Source: Octopus vulgaris
Lineage: Eukaryota
Reading direction: 5' to 3'
Length of the DNA stretch: 64,000 bases
NCBI GenBank assembly: GCA_951406725.2
Contig: OX597819.1
Span: 66,278,001 to 66,342,000 of the forward strand
Of this stretch, positions 10,524 through 24,566 are shown in pieces. Made by a program: the position numbers and the translations under genes. Numbering within the stretch: the stretch's first letter is position 1; every line of letters starts with the position of its first letter. The notes below the pieces were generated by a model. That model did not search any database and had not been told where the DNA came from. It saw only the letters and a program-made list of their open reading frames with translations.

Positions 10524-12176
10524 TGGCCCGGATGGATTCCCGGCAATCCTCCTAAAAGCATGTAAGAGAGTCCTAGCAAGACCACTGCAGTTCCTCTTTC
10601 AGAGCTTCCTTGCAGCTGGCAAACTTCCAGGAAAACTGAAGGAAGGTAAAATATGCCCCATTCATAAAGGAGGTAGCAGAGCGGAAGCCAAGAACTATAG
10701 ACCTATCTCTCTGACCTCACACATCAGCAAGGTCATGGAACGAATAGTCAGAAGGAAGCTGATCACCTTCCTTGAAGAGAATGACTTGCTGCCCGACACC
10801 CAACATGGTTTCCGACCAGGGAGAAGCTGTTTAACTCAGCTCCTACAACACTATGACTGGGTGCTGAAACGGCTGCTCAACCACTCAAATGTGGAAGTGA
10901 TATATCTCGACTTTGCAAAGGCCTTTGATAAAGTCGATCATGGAATGATATGTCACAAACTGCGTGATCTCAACATAGTTGGAAAACTGGGAGAATGGCT
11001 TCATGACTTTCTGAAGGATAGAAGTCAGGTGGTAGTAGCCAATGGGGCCACCTCCATTAACACACAAATAGTGAGCGGTGTTCCGCAGGGCACTGTTCTG
11101 GGACCACTACTGTTCATAATAGCCCTCTCTGACATGCCCTCAGCCACGCAGAGAGCCACGATCACAAGTTATGCAGACGATACAAAAGTTTCACAGGCAA
11201 TACAGAACCCTGAGGACACTAAACACCTGCAATGTGAGCTGGACGAAATATACAAGTGGGCTAAAAACAATAGCATGCAGTTCAATGCTGGAAAGTTTCA
11301 AGCTTTATACTATCAGCATGCAAAACTGAATGCAATACCCAATGAATACACTGGACCCGGAGGGATTGCAATCCCAGAGGCACAATCAGTGCGTGACCTG
11401 GGTATTCACATGAGTGATGACGCGACCTTTCATGTACATGTTGCTAAACTGACAATGAAATGTAGACGGCTGGCTGGATGGATTCTTAGAACCTTTAGAA
11501 CAAGAGAACAAGAAACCATGATGGTCCTCTGGAAGACACTTGTCCTAAGCCACTTTGACTATTGCTCTCAGCTATGGTCACCATCCAGTGTCAAGTTGAT
11601 CACAGAACTTGAGGCGATCCAACGAAGCTACACAAAGAAGATAGCCTCTATGCAGAATGTAAGCTACTGGGAAAGACTCAAGAGATTAAAATTATATTCC
11701 CTGGAGCGTAGGCGGGAAAGATATGCCATAATATACATCTGGAAGATCCTGGAGGGAAGTGTCCTGAACTTTGGCATCGAGAGTTACGCAAATGCCAGAA
11801 CTGGGCGCCACTGCGTAGTGCCTAGGACTCCAAACCTGCCATCAAGATGTAGGACAAGATTCTGTGATAGCCTGGGCTTCCGAGGCCCACAGCTCTTCAA
11901 TATCCTCCCGAAGAACCTGAGAGACCGGCATGGGGTGGATACAGATGTCTTTAAAATGAAGCTGGATCTCTTCCTGTCAGGTGTCCCAGATGAACCAACT
12001 TCACGGCAGGAGGAGCAGATGAGGGCAGCTGCATCGAACTCTCTCATGCACCAAATAGCAGTTGCTAGAAAGCCTCCATGAAGTGAAACCAAGTAGCAAC
12101 ACCAAATGGCGGTGCCCCAGCATGGCCACAGCTCATAAGCTGAAACTAGAATCAATCAATCAATCAATCAATCAAT
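10522..12176 (+). mobile_element. CR1-group LINE, 5'-truncated, RT ORF uninterrupted (10522-12081), 3' UTR and (ATCA)n tail, inside (TA)n
   Basis: GPDGFP...NYRPISLTS...[11 protein letters not shown]...[10 protein letters not shown]...YADDT...RDLG...[10 protein letters not shown]. Same family as 1-1596. (TA)n on both flanks. Confidence 0.95.
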
Positions 12177-12236
<60 letters not shown>

Positions 12237-12704
12237 GAGGTTACTTATGTGTATATCAATATATGTTTATATCCATGCGAGTAGGCGTGTGTTTACCTCG
12301 GTGCTAACATGTGTGTGCCCGTGTGTATGAGTGTGCCTTTGTATATATATTTCTATATTCCTTTTTTATATGTCTTTATAAAGTCACTAAGACTTGTTCT
12401 GTCTTGCCGACTCGGTATTATGATTTATTCAAAGCAGGCAGAAATTAGATTTCGCCTTTTTATGAGAAATTTATAGTTTTCTATGTAATCAGGTTTTCTC
12501 TCCACCCATCTCCCTGCATACGTAACCGTAAATTTTTTTCTATACATATATAGAAAGTACTACAAAGGGATATTAAATGTCGATGAGAGATGGAAGTAGC
12601 GAATTAATAAACACGAAGGAGTAAACATAATATAACTCATAGTAATTTCTAGCATACGTATGAATATATACGTGTTTAAATATATAGTTGTGTATGTGTA
12701 TGGA

Positions 12705-12736
<32 letters not shown>

Positions 12737-12782
12737 CAGAGAGGGAGAGCTTTCTCTTTATATATCTATGTATATATATGCA

Positions 12783-12845
<63 letters not shown>

Positions 12846-13008
12846 GTATGTATGTATATGTATATATATACATGTATGTATATATATTTATATATATATT
12901 CTTTCATGCTATCATATTGAAATACATTTGTATATATTTGTATAAAAATTCGGGTGTGTGCTTGTAGGAATGTACGTATATATGTGTGATTGCCTCTCCC
13001 TCGCTCTC

Positions 13009-13049
<41 letters not shown>

Positions 13050-13419
13050 CACACACACTCACATATATATATATATATATATATTTACATATTGCACACA
13101 CACAGACACGCATATATATACAGATGTACTTATGTGCACAAACTTATGTAATGAACAGAAAAGCTCAAATAACCAAGGATGCCTATAAATTCTGGAAGCA
13201 ATATTATTATTATAATAATATAAAATGTGAAATGTTGGATTAATAATAACAGCAATAACGTTAATATAGCTTTTAATGAAGTATTACTACATAATGATAT
13301 TTCTTATAATACCTTTGTTATTCCACTTTCTTTGTTAATATATACGTTGGTTGTCCTCCGCGATTCTTTCTCTCTTCTTTTCCCTGAATTTTATATCTAC
13401 ATATATACATATGCACATG

Positions 13420-13457
<38 letters not shown>

Positions 13458-13976
13458 AGAATATATATATATATATATATGTAGGTCCCGGGTTGATTCG
13501 GGGTTAACCACAGTAAGTAAGGTACTCAATACATAGCAGAGTAAAATTAATTTATTATATAGAAGGAGCTTCTACAGGACTAGTACTGTTTCATTCAAGA
13601 GAAATCTTCATGAAGCTATTTAACAAGAATTGTATTAGCATTTATACATTTAGGCAGGTTTAAAGGAGTGGTGGTGGGGGACTTTTTTGGGGGTAGGCAT
13701 AGCGCAAAATATCATACTTGGGGGAGTGGTCAAGGAGTCAGTGGTAAGTTAGATGAAAGAATAGATAAATAAAAAAATAATAAAATAATAAAATAAAAAA
13801 ATAAAATAATAAAAAAATAAAAAAAAAAAAAAATAAAAAAATAAAAAATATATATAAAAAATATATATATAAAAAAATATATATATAAAAAAAGGGGGGA
13901 TAGAGTTATAGGTAAATAAGGAGATTCTCACTTGTACCTATACACACATGTATACGTATCTACACACATATATATA

Positions 13977-14018
<42 letters not shown>

Positions 14019-14321
14019 TATATACACATACACATACATATCTACATACACACATACATACACCCGCCCACATATACAAATTTATACACATGCACATGCA
14101 TATACCTGTCTACACATACACACACGTATATATGCATACACTCACTCCCATGCATGCACGCATACACACATGTATATATATACACACGACCACACATACA
14201 TATATACACAGAAAAATATATATTCATACGCACATACACTCATGCACACACAACACACCTAGTTCCCTATATACACATATTTACACCTATATATACATAC
14301 ACCCACATACACATATGTACA

Positions 14322-14359
<38 letters not shown>

Positions 14360-14758
14360 CAATCCAATACAGGCCCATTCCCTAATTTTAATTTTATTAT
14401 CTTCATTTATTACTTTTGTTATCTTTGATCGCTAGAGCTAAGGATCCTGGCTATGGCAGCATGTCCATTTGTCTGTCTACTAGAAGGCAAGTACTCATTC
14501 CCGCACGCACACTCATTAGCACGTACATTCACCCATTCGTACACTCATACACATACACGTACGCACGCGTTATATTCATACATACAAACATCTACATACG
14601 TTCACGTATATACACATACGTACTCGTACCTACAGATTCGTGTCTACACTTTAGGAGGCTAGTCTATACATATACACCAATAAATATACATATATATATA
14701 TATACACACATATACATACACACACACATATATATACTCCTACATACAGATACATACC

Positions 14759-14808
<50 letters not shown>

Positions 14809-15008
14809 CATACACACACACACACATATATATACACACACATACATACACATATATATACATACACAAACATATATACACACATATATATATATATACA
14901 CACATACACACACATACATACATATACACACAAACACATACATACGTATACATACATACATCCATACATCCATACTTACATGCATTTATACGCATACACA
15001 CACCCCCA

Positions 15009-15043
<35 letters not shown>

Positions 15044-15529
15044 TCACACATACATATACAAATATACGCACACACATACATACATACACGTATACGCATA
15101 CACGCACATACACATATACATGCGTACCCATACACGTGCACACACGCACGTGCATCCATATATATACACACACACACATATATACACGTGTGCAAGCATA
15201 CATACATACTCATACACGCACACATACTTACATATACATATATGCACACACTTACACACATATATACATACACATATACATGCATACATACATATATGCA
15301 TACATACACATACACGCACATACACATATACATGCGTACCCATACACGTGCACACACGCACCGCATCCATATATATACACACACACACATATATACACGT
15401 GTGCAAGCATACATACATACTCATACACGCACACATACTTACATATACATATATGCACACACTTACACACATATATACATACACATATACATGCATACAT
15501 ACATATATGCATACATACACACACGCGCA

Positions 15530-15573
<44 letters not shown>

Positions 15574-15736
15574 TACACATACATATACATACACACATAC
15601 ATATACATACACATACACGTACGTACATATATATATATATACACATATATACACATATACACATACATATATACACATATACATACATATACATACACAC
15701 ACACATACATATATACATATACACTGATACACATAC

Positions 15737-15779
<43 letters not shown>

Positions 15780-15864
15780 TATATACACATGCATATACTT
15801 ATATCTCTACATACTCACATATAAACATATATACATATACACACACACATATATACATGTACAT

Positions 15865-15903
<39 letters not shown>

Positions 15904-15906
15904 TAT

Positions 15907-15943
<37 letters not shown>

Positions 15944-16143
15944 TATACACATATACATGTATACATACGCAATAATGATACACATATATACACATACACA
16001 CACACAGACAGATGCATATACATACATATATATATAAATAAATTACATATCTATATAAATACATACATAATACACATATACACACACATATATATACATG
16101 CATATACATATACAAATATACATACTCATACATACACACACAC

Positions 16144-16418
16144 GGCGACAGGATAAATCCAACCAAACTACCCTCGCCGCCCAAATCTGGTACCTTAAAA
16201 GGAACTCAATCCCCTTCAAGACCAAGTGGAAACTACTACAGAAGGCGCGCTCGTACACAGGAGGACATACCTGCTGTGACCTATGCATATCAGAGAGCCT
16301 AGAGATCTTGTTCGCCAAAGGCCCTCTCCTTAACAAATTTTCAGAACACTCCCCAAATTGCATGCATAAGAAGTATGCGAACTACAAGAACTATAGACCT
16401 ACCCGGCAACCTGATTGA
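16144..16418 (+). pseudogene. C-terminal fragment of a PLE GIY-YIG endonuclease
   Basis: QTTLAAQIWYLK...KWKLLQKARSYTGG..CCDLCISE...LLNKFSE...CMH fits the TxL..HIW.LK...W.I...A..Y....C.LC..EK...LNK.SE...C.H end typical of PLE ORFs. Confidence 0.82.
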
Positions 16419-16802
16419 TGACAACCCCCCCCTACAACCCCCCCCCCCAACCCCACTGTTCCCCTAGCACCCCCGATTACCTTTTCTCCTAAGACCTTTC
16501 ACATATTGTATGTGCACGCTTGTATATGTGTATCGTATGTATGTATATATGTATAGAAATGCATGGGTACAGTAGGAATATACGCATGTATTATGTGTGT
16601 GTGTGTGTATGTATGCATGTAAAAATATATATATGTATATATATTTGTATATATGTATATATATATATATATGTATGTGCTTGTATGTGTGTGTGTGTGT
16701 ATATATGTATATGTGTTTGTATGTATATGTGTATATACGTATATGCATATGTATGTGTAAATGTATGTGTTCATGTATGTGTATGTATGTATAAAATATT
16801 AT

Positions 16803-17012
16803 ATAATTAGGGCTTAGTAAAATAAAATAAATTACTTTGCCACATACTAAACTTTCTAGAAATAGCAGCCAATAAAGTTTTTTAGCCTCTTCCACTACTT
16901 AGAGAATTTTTTTCCCTCTAACATTGTTTACTCAAAATAATAATGGTCCCTTTACATACTGAATACTTGGTGAAATTGATTAATAACTAATTAACTTTAC
17001 CCTCCCTTGTTG
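16803..17012. repeat. Internally deleted relative of the 61151-61500 fold-back family, nested in the PLE2 spacer
   Basis: Shares ataattaggg, tagaaatagcag.caa and the tail aatggtc...tacttggtgaaatt...taatta...ccc...ttgtt with 61151-61500. Confidence 0.65.
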
Positions 17013-17326
17013 ATATATATATATATATATATGTATATGTGTACATGTATGTATATATGTGTGTGTGTGTATGTGTGTATGTATGTATTTGTATATGTGT
17101 GTGTGTATATGTATGTGCGCGCGTGTGTGTGTATGTATGTGTATGTATATTTGTATATGTATATGCATGTATATATATGTGTGTGTATATGTGTATTATG
17201 TATGTATTTATATAGATATGTAATTTATTTATATATATATGTATGTATATGCATCTGTCTGTGTGTGTGTATGTGTATATATGTGTATCATTATTGCGTA
17301 TGTATACATGTATATGTGTATATGTA

Positions 17327-17357
<31 letters not shown>

Positions 17358-17362
17358 GTATA

Positions 17363-17405
<43 letters not shown>

Positions 17406-17490
17406 ATGTACATGTATATATATGTGTGTGTATATGTATATATGTTTATATGTGAGTATGTAGAGATATAAGTATATGCATGTGTATATA

Positions 17491-17527
<37 letters not shown>

Positions 17528-17688
17528 GTATGGGTATGTGTATCAGTGTATATGTATATATGTATGTGTGTGTGTATGTATATGTATGTATATGTGTATA
17601 TATGTATGTGTATATGTGTATATATGTGTATATATATATATATGTACGTACGTGTATGTGTATGTATATGTATGTGTGTATGTATATG

Positions 17689-17744
<56 letters not shown>

Positions 17745-18233
17745 TGCGCGTGTGTGTATGTATGCATATATGTATGTATGCATGTATATGTGTATGTATA
17801 TATGTGTGTAAGTGTGTGCATATATGTATATGTAAGTATGTGTGCGTGTATGAGTATGTATGTATGCTTGCACACGAGTATATATGTGTGTGTGTGTATA
17901 TATATGGATGCGGGTGCGTGTGTGCACGTGTATGGGTACGCATGTATATGTGTATGTGCGTGTATGTGTATGTATGCATATATGTATGTATGCATGTATA
18001 TGTGTATGTATATATGTGTGTAAGTGTGTGCATATATGTATATGTAAGTATGTGTGCGTGTATGAGTATGTATGTATGCTTGCACACGTGTATATATATG
18101 TGTGTGTGTGTATATATATGGATGCACGTGCGTGTGTGCACGTGTATGGGTACGCATGTATATGTGTATGTGCGTGTATGCGTATACGTGTATGTATGTA
18201 TGTGTGTGCGTATATTTGTATATGTATGTGTGA

Positions 18234-18264
<31 letters not shown>

Positions 18265-18468
18265 GATGGGGGTGTGTGTATGCGTATAAATGCATGTAAG
18301 TATGGATGTATGGATGTATGTATGTATGTATACGTATGTATGTGTTTGTGTGTATATGTATGTATGTGTGTGTATGTGTGTATATATATATATATGTGTG
18401 TATATATGTTTGTGTATGTATATATATGTGTATGTATGTGTGTGTATATATATGTGTGTGTGTGTATG

Positions 18469-18518
<50 letters not shown>

Positions 18519-18911
18519 TATGTATCTGTATGTAGGAGTATATATATGTGTGTGTGTGTATGTATATGTGTATATATATATATATGTATATTTATTGGTG
18601 TATATGTATAGACTAGCCTCCTAAAGTGTAGACACGAATCTGTAGGTACGAGTACGTATGTGTATATACGTGAACGTATGTAGATGTTTGTATGTATGAA
18701 TATAACGCGTGCGTACGTGTATGTGTATGAGTGTACGAATGGGTGAATGTACGTGCTAATGAGTGTGCGTGCGGGAATGAGTACTTGCCTTCTAGTAGAC
18801 AGACAAATGGACATGCTGCCATAGCCAGGATCCTTAGCTCTAGCGATCAAAGATAACAAAAGTAATAAATAAAGATAATAAAATTAAAATTAGGGAATGG
18901 GCCTGTATTGG

Positions 18912-18966
<55 letters not shown>

Positions 18967-19073
18967 GTGTATGTGTAGGTATGTATAGGTACACATGTGT
19001 ATGTGTGTGTGTATGTATATGTGTATATGTATGTATGTGCACACATGTGTATATATATGTATGCGTGTATATG

Positions 19074-19106
<33 letters not shown>

Positions 19107-19410
19107 GTACATATGTGTATGTGGGTGTATGTATATATAGGTGTAAATATGTGTATATAGGGAACTAGGTGTGTTGTGTGTGCATGAGTGTATGTGCGTA
19201 TGAATATATATTTTTCTGTGTATATATGTATGTGTGGTCGTGTGTATATATATATACATGTGTGTATGCGTGCATGCATGGGAGTGAGTGTATGCATATA
19301 TACGTGTGTGTATGTGTAGACAGGTATATGCATGTGCATGTGTATAAATTTGTATATGTGGGCGGGTGTATGTATGTGTGTATGTAGATATGTATGTGTA
19401 TGTGTATATA

Positions 19411-19458
<48 letters not shown>

Positions 19459-19783
19459 TATATATATGTGTGTAGATACGTATACATGTGTGTATAGGTA
19501 CAAGTGAGAATCTCCTTATTTACCTATAACTCTATCCCCCCTTTTTTTATATATATATTTTTTATATATATTTTTTATTTTTTTTATTTTTTTATTACTT
19601 TATTTTTTTATTTTATTATTTTATTTTTTTATTTATCTATTCTTTCATCTAACTTACCACTGACTCCTTGACCACTCCCCCAAGTATGATATTTTGCGCT
19701 ATGCCTACCCCCAAAAAAGTCCCCCACCACCACTCCTTTAAACCTGCCTAAATGTATAAATGCTAATACAATTCTTGTTAAAT

Positions 19784-19834
19784 AGCTTCCTGAAGATTTC
19801 TCTTGAATGAAACAGTACTAGTCCTGTAGAAGCT
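19784..19834 (+). ncRNA. Type I hammerhead ribozyme at the PLE2 3' end (mirror copy 13567-13617 minus has C3 to A)
   Basis: AGCUUC CUGAAGA uUUC ucuu GAAu GAA ACAG uacuaguc CUGU A GAAGCU: 6-bp stem I, 4-bp stem III, GUA cleavage triplet. Confidence 0.8.
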
Positions 19835-19845
19835 CCTTCTATATA

Positions 19846-19870
<25 letters not shown>

Positions 19871-19889
<19 letters not shown>

Positions 19890-20051
19890 GCAGGATTGCC
19901 TGTGTGGTAGGTAGCTTGCTTACCAACCACATCTTTGCGGGTTTAGTCCCACTGTGTAGCAACTTGGGCATATTGTCTTATACAATAGCCACGGGCCGAC
20001 CAATGCCTTGTGAGGGGACTTGGTAGACGGAAACGAAAACAAGCCCTCGTG
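19871..20051 (+). mobile_element. SINE family A, 5' half
   Basis: Homologous to 3628-3785. Confidence 0.85.
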
Positions 20052-20052
20052 A

Positions 20053-20171
<119 letters not shown>

Positions 20172-20384
20172 TACCGCTTAGGCAAATTGAGACTTATAAC
20201 CAGATACGTATGCTTGTGAACGCAGCGTTAGTCAAGTACAGACCGATAATGTGTGAATGACTTGACTGAGGAATATGTTATTTTCTTATGATTGTACAAA
20301 TATGAAATTCATAAATCATTCGTTTATTCCTTGTTATCTCTTCCGCCCCCCCCCCAAACACACACATATATATATATATATACA

Positions 20385-20827
20385 CAGATCGTCGTCAACT
20401 TACGACCTATCCCACTTACGACCGATCGATTTTACGACGATTGGCACGCCAAATCTCGCAGCAATATTAAACAGTCCAGTTGAAATCTAATGGGTTTTAT
20501 TTCTTAAAAATTAGCCCATCTACAGATGACATCAGCTACCAAACATCATCGAAGATCCACAGCCAAGCACCAGTCGAAAAGAAAGTTTTATGTAAGTTTT
20601 GCAACTCTTTCTTACACTACGCTGTGTATTTCTTGTATTGGCATTCTTTGGTACTTTACTATGAACAAATAACATTGTTGTAGTATGATACAGTATGCTG
20701 TGTGTGGCTTTTACCTGAGAATTTACCATAACAATTTAAAGATATGAAAAAAAGCTACGTAGGCCTGTAGGCCGATTTACGACCAGTCATTCGGAACCAA
20801 ATATGGTCGTAAGTCGACCCTGATCTA
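20385..20827. mobile_element. Tc1/mariner-superfamily (Tigger/pogo-like) MITE
   Basis: Imperfect TIRs cagatcgtcgtcaacttacgacc and ggtcgtaagtcgaccctgatcta, subterminal ttacgacc repeats, TA-rich flanks. Confidence 0.75.
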
Positions 20828-20833
20828 TATATA

Positions 20834-20896
<63 letters not shown>

Positions 20897-21006
20897 GTAT
20901 GTATGTATGTATGTATGTATGTATGTATGTATGTATGTATGTATGTATGTATGTATGTATGTATGTATGTATGTATGTATGTATTATCTATCTATCTATC
21001 TATCTA

Positions 21007-21070
<64 letters not shown>

Positions 21071-21837
21071 ACTATATATATATATATATGTACATGCTTA
21101 TGTATGAGTGCTATGTGCATATGCGTATATGCAACCCAGTGTGTGCGTATATATGCCATTGTATATATCGTAAAACAACGCCTTACTTATAGCATATGTT
21201 CACAGTTTGGAATAATCTTTATAGTAAGTATTCCGCAATATAAAACACTGTTTTATGAATATTACAGCTCTATCTTTGCTATATATAATTAATAATCTAA
21301 TTTTATTATCGATGACTGCAATTACGACCTAATGTAATCAGTCTCTGACTATACTTCTCATTATCTACATGGTATCAAAATTGTGATGATATTCGTTTGG
21401 CAAGTGGTCAGCCGTTCATTATCTCCCTATCCATCGTGTGAGTTATTTTCTTCTTACTTTTAGGTTAGCTTATTAGTCCGACATTTTTATTCTCTCTCTA
21501 CCTCTCTCTCTCTCTATCTCTCTGTCTATCTATCTATATATCTATCGATCTATATATCTGTCTTTCTATCTATACATAGAAGCGTGTGTATTTATTTTTG
21601 TTTTGATGCTCTGTTATGAAAAGAAATAATTCTACTCTAATCTGGTGTTTACTCTATACAGTTGTAGAGTATAAATTTATTATTCTTTAACAACAATAGT
21701 TTTGACAGTGACTTCAAAATTTCAACCATTTAAACCCTCATCAGACTGTGATACATTTATGTTAATTTTGTCTTTAATCTTTGTGGAGATAAAACGTTTT
21801 CTCGAGTAGGTAGCGTTTATTTCACTGATAATTATGT

Positions 21838-22445
21838 TGTTAGTTAGTTAGTTAATTTGGCTCAAAAGCAAATAGCAAGGCCATGTAGGGGGACATGGAG
21901 TTAAGTACAGGGTGGTGTTCATGTAAAGAGTTCAGGCCACTTGAGGTCCAGGGAGGCTTTGAACAAAGCGGTCGTCGGCATCTTCACCATCTCGTCTGGC
22001 AGCTTGTTTCACGGATCCGCAACCCGGACGGAGAAAGCTCCTCTCCTTCGATTGAGATGAAATCGTCGCAGGTAGAGCTTTTCGGAATGACCCCGCAGCC
22101 GACGCTCCGGAGCAGGAGTGAAGAACAGCTCTTTCGAGAGGTTACACTTCCCGCTTATGATGTTGTGGGCGAGAATGAGATCACCACGGCGGCGGCATTT
22201 TTCAAGAGAATAAAGGTCGAGCGTCCTCAGCCTTTCTTCGTAGGACAAATTTTTGAGACCATGAACCATGCGGGTAGCCAGCCTCTGGACTCTTTCGAGG
22301 TGCTGTATGTCTTTGAGGAGATAAGGAGAAGAGGCTTGAATCCCATACTCCAATATGGGTCTCACCAGCGTGACATAGAGTGGCAGGAATATGGCTGCTG
22401 TGAGCATTCCGAATGACCGTCGAATCAAAAACAGAATGTTGAAAT
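21838..22445 (-). mobile_element. CR1-like LINE 3' fragment, different family, (TAAC)n tail
   Basis: LYVTLVRPILEYG...LERVQRLATRMVHGLKNLSYEERL...RRRGDLI...RLRGH...FSVRV. Ends in tagttagttagtt on the + strand. Confidence 0.9.
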
Positions 22446-22694
22446 GGTTCTGATATGGAGGTACTGTGGAAAAATTTTTATTGATTAAATATGGTTTTAT
22501 GTTTTTCTTCAGCATCTCTTTCATGCATGTAAAAGGTTGTAAACAGGTGAGTTTATTTTGAGGTATCAGCTTGAGGTCATGGGATTGGCTTGCAGTGGCT
22601 CACACAAAGGACGTTAGGAAGTAAAGGGAACGTTTGTGTCAGCAGACGCATCACTAGTTTTGAAACATATATATATATATATTCTTTTTTTCTT

Positions 22695-22881
22695 TATACC
22701 TATTTCAGTCATTTGACAGAGGCTGTGCTGGAGCACTACCTTAAAGTAATCAACTGTAGGACTTATTCTTTGTAAGCCTAGTAATTATTCTATCGTTTTC
22801 TTTTGCCAAACCGCTACGCTTTGGGTACATAAACACACCAACATCGGTTGTCGAGCGATGGTTTGCTACAAACACACACCT

Positions 22882-22931
<50 letters not shown>

Positions 22932-23075
22932 GATAGCCTTCTTCCAGTTTCCGTCTACCAAACCCCCTAACAAGTCTTTGGCTGGCCCGAAGCTATAGTA
23001 GAAAACACTTGCTCAAGGTTCCACGCAGTGGGACTGAACCCGGAACCATCTGGTTGGGAAGCAAGCTTCTTACAA
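22695..23075 (-). mobile_element. SINE family A
   Basis: Reverse-complement tail (tttcagtcatttgac...gctggagcac) through head (gtgggactgaacccggaacc). Confidence 0.85.
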
Positions 23076-23924
23076 CGTGTGCTTTTGTGTGTGTGTGTGT
23101 GTGTATAAATTTTGCATGCGATTCTAATTCTAATTTACCGATAAATGCTGCCTCAGGTAAAAAAAAAACTTCAGTTTTACCTATTGATGAATGCATCTGT
23201 ACCGAACGAGTGGAAACCTTACAAAATAGTGCTGAAGGACGAAAAGCTTTCTTTCATCCATCTTTGGAATTGATTATGCCATACCCAGAACAAGATTTTC
23301 CTCTCCCAGGCAAATCTCCTGTGGTGTTTAACAATATACGCAGAAGCATTTTCAGGATGCAATCAACATGGATGCTCTTACATCATATAAAAAAAAATCG
23401 ATAGGACTTGCATGATGAATTTTGTGAACATCAGAATCTTATATCGCATAGAAGCAAATGTCATCAAGTGGTTTCTTGTACATTTGAACTTTGTAGCATC
23501 CTATTATGTATTGCTGTCCACATACGAAAGAACATGATTGGCACCACGAACAATAAGTACAAAATATTTACGTAAAAATATATTATAACATCAGCTTATT
23601 AAAGCACACACTCGGAAATATTATGAGAGGAAACAAAAGATTTTATCTGCTACAATAAATGAATCATAGATTATATACTCATCGCAGAATATTTTAAGTT
23701 ATATTGTAGTAGAGAGATATGCAAACACAGAGCATAAAACATTTAGATTAAAATAGCCATCTGAGGACTTAACTTGATGCAGGTACATTGGGAAAAGGCA
23801 CATAAGCTGCGGTATCCTTTTAAATTTTCTGTCATTGGACTACGGCCATGTGGAACACAACCTTAGGCTTCAGAAAGAATAAAGACTGCAATGGTTGAAA
23901 TGTATTCTTTCTTCTTTTCATTTC

Positions 23925-24121
23925 CCATTTTCAGTCATTTGTGTGCGGCCATTCTGGAGCACTGCCTATAGTCGAGCAAATTGACCCCCACCCAGGACGT
24001 CTTTTGTAAGCCTAGTACTTATTCTATCGGTCTCTTTTTGCCGAACTTCTAAGTTACGTGGGCGCTTTTCAAGTGATATTATGGGAACAAACACAGACAC
24101 ATAAACGTATATCTATCTATG

Positions 24122-24216
<95 letters not shown>

Positions 24217-24320
24217 TTATTTATCCATCTATCTATCTATCTGTCTATCTATCTATCTATCTATATATATATATCTATAGCTATCTATTTATCTATCTCC
24301 CTCTCACCCCCTCTCTCTCT

Positions 24321-24372
<52 letters not shown>

Positions 24373-24533
24373 GTCGGACTTCTTTCAGTTTCCGTCTACC
24401 AAATCCACTCACAAGGCTTTGGTTTACCCGAAGCTATAGTTGAATACTCTTGTCCAAAGTGCCACGCAGTGGGACTGAACCCGGAACCATGTGGTTGGTG
24501 AGGAACCTATTTACCACATAGTCACTCCTGCGC
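23925..24533 (-). mobile_element. SINE family A with expanded internal (TCTA)n/(TA)n
   Basis: Tail about 23925-24060, head about 24372-24533, homologous to 3628-4030. Confidence 0.85.
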
Positions 24534-24534
24534 C

Positions 24535-24566
<32 letters not shown>

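Larger units (their letters stand above)
13481..19851. mobile_element. Penelope-like element 2: inverted arms of about 2.6-2.7 kb with GIY-YIG C-terminus in the spacer
   Basis: Arms 13550-16143 and about 17120-19851 are reverse complements, including unique islands (13560-13750 vs 19650-19850; 14360-14670 vs 18605-18915). Unique 69-nt tail 13481-13549. (TA)n on both flanks. Confidence 0.92.

Noticed and set aside
13932-19503. Long His/Ile/Tyr/Thr-rich ORFs of up to 519 aa
   Set aside because: Stop-poor dinucleotide repeats with no protein-like complexity.
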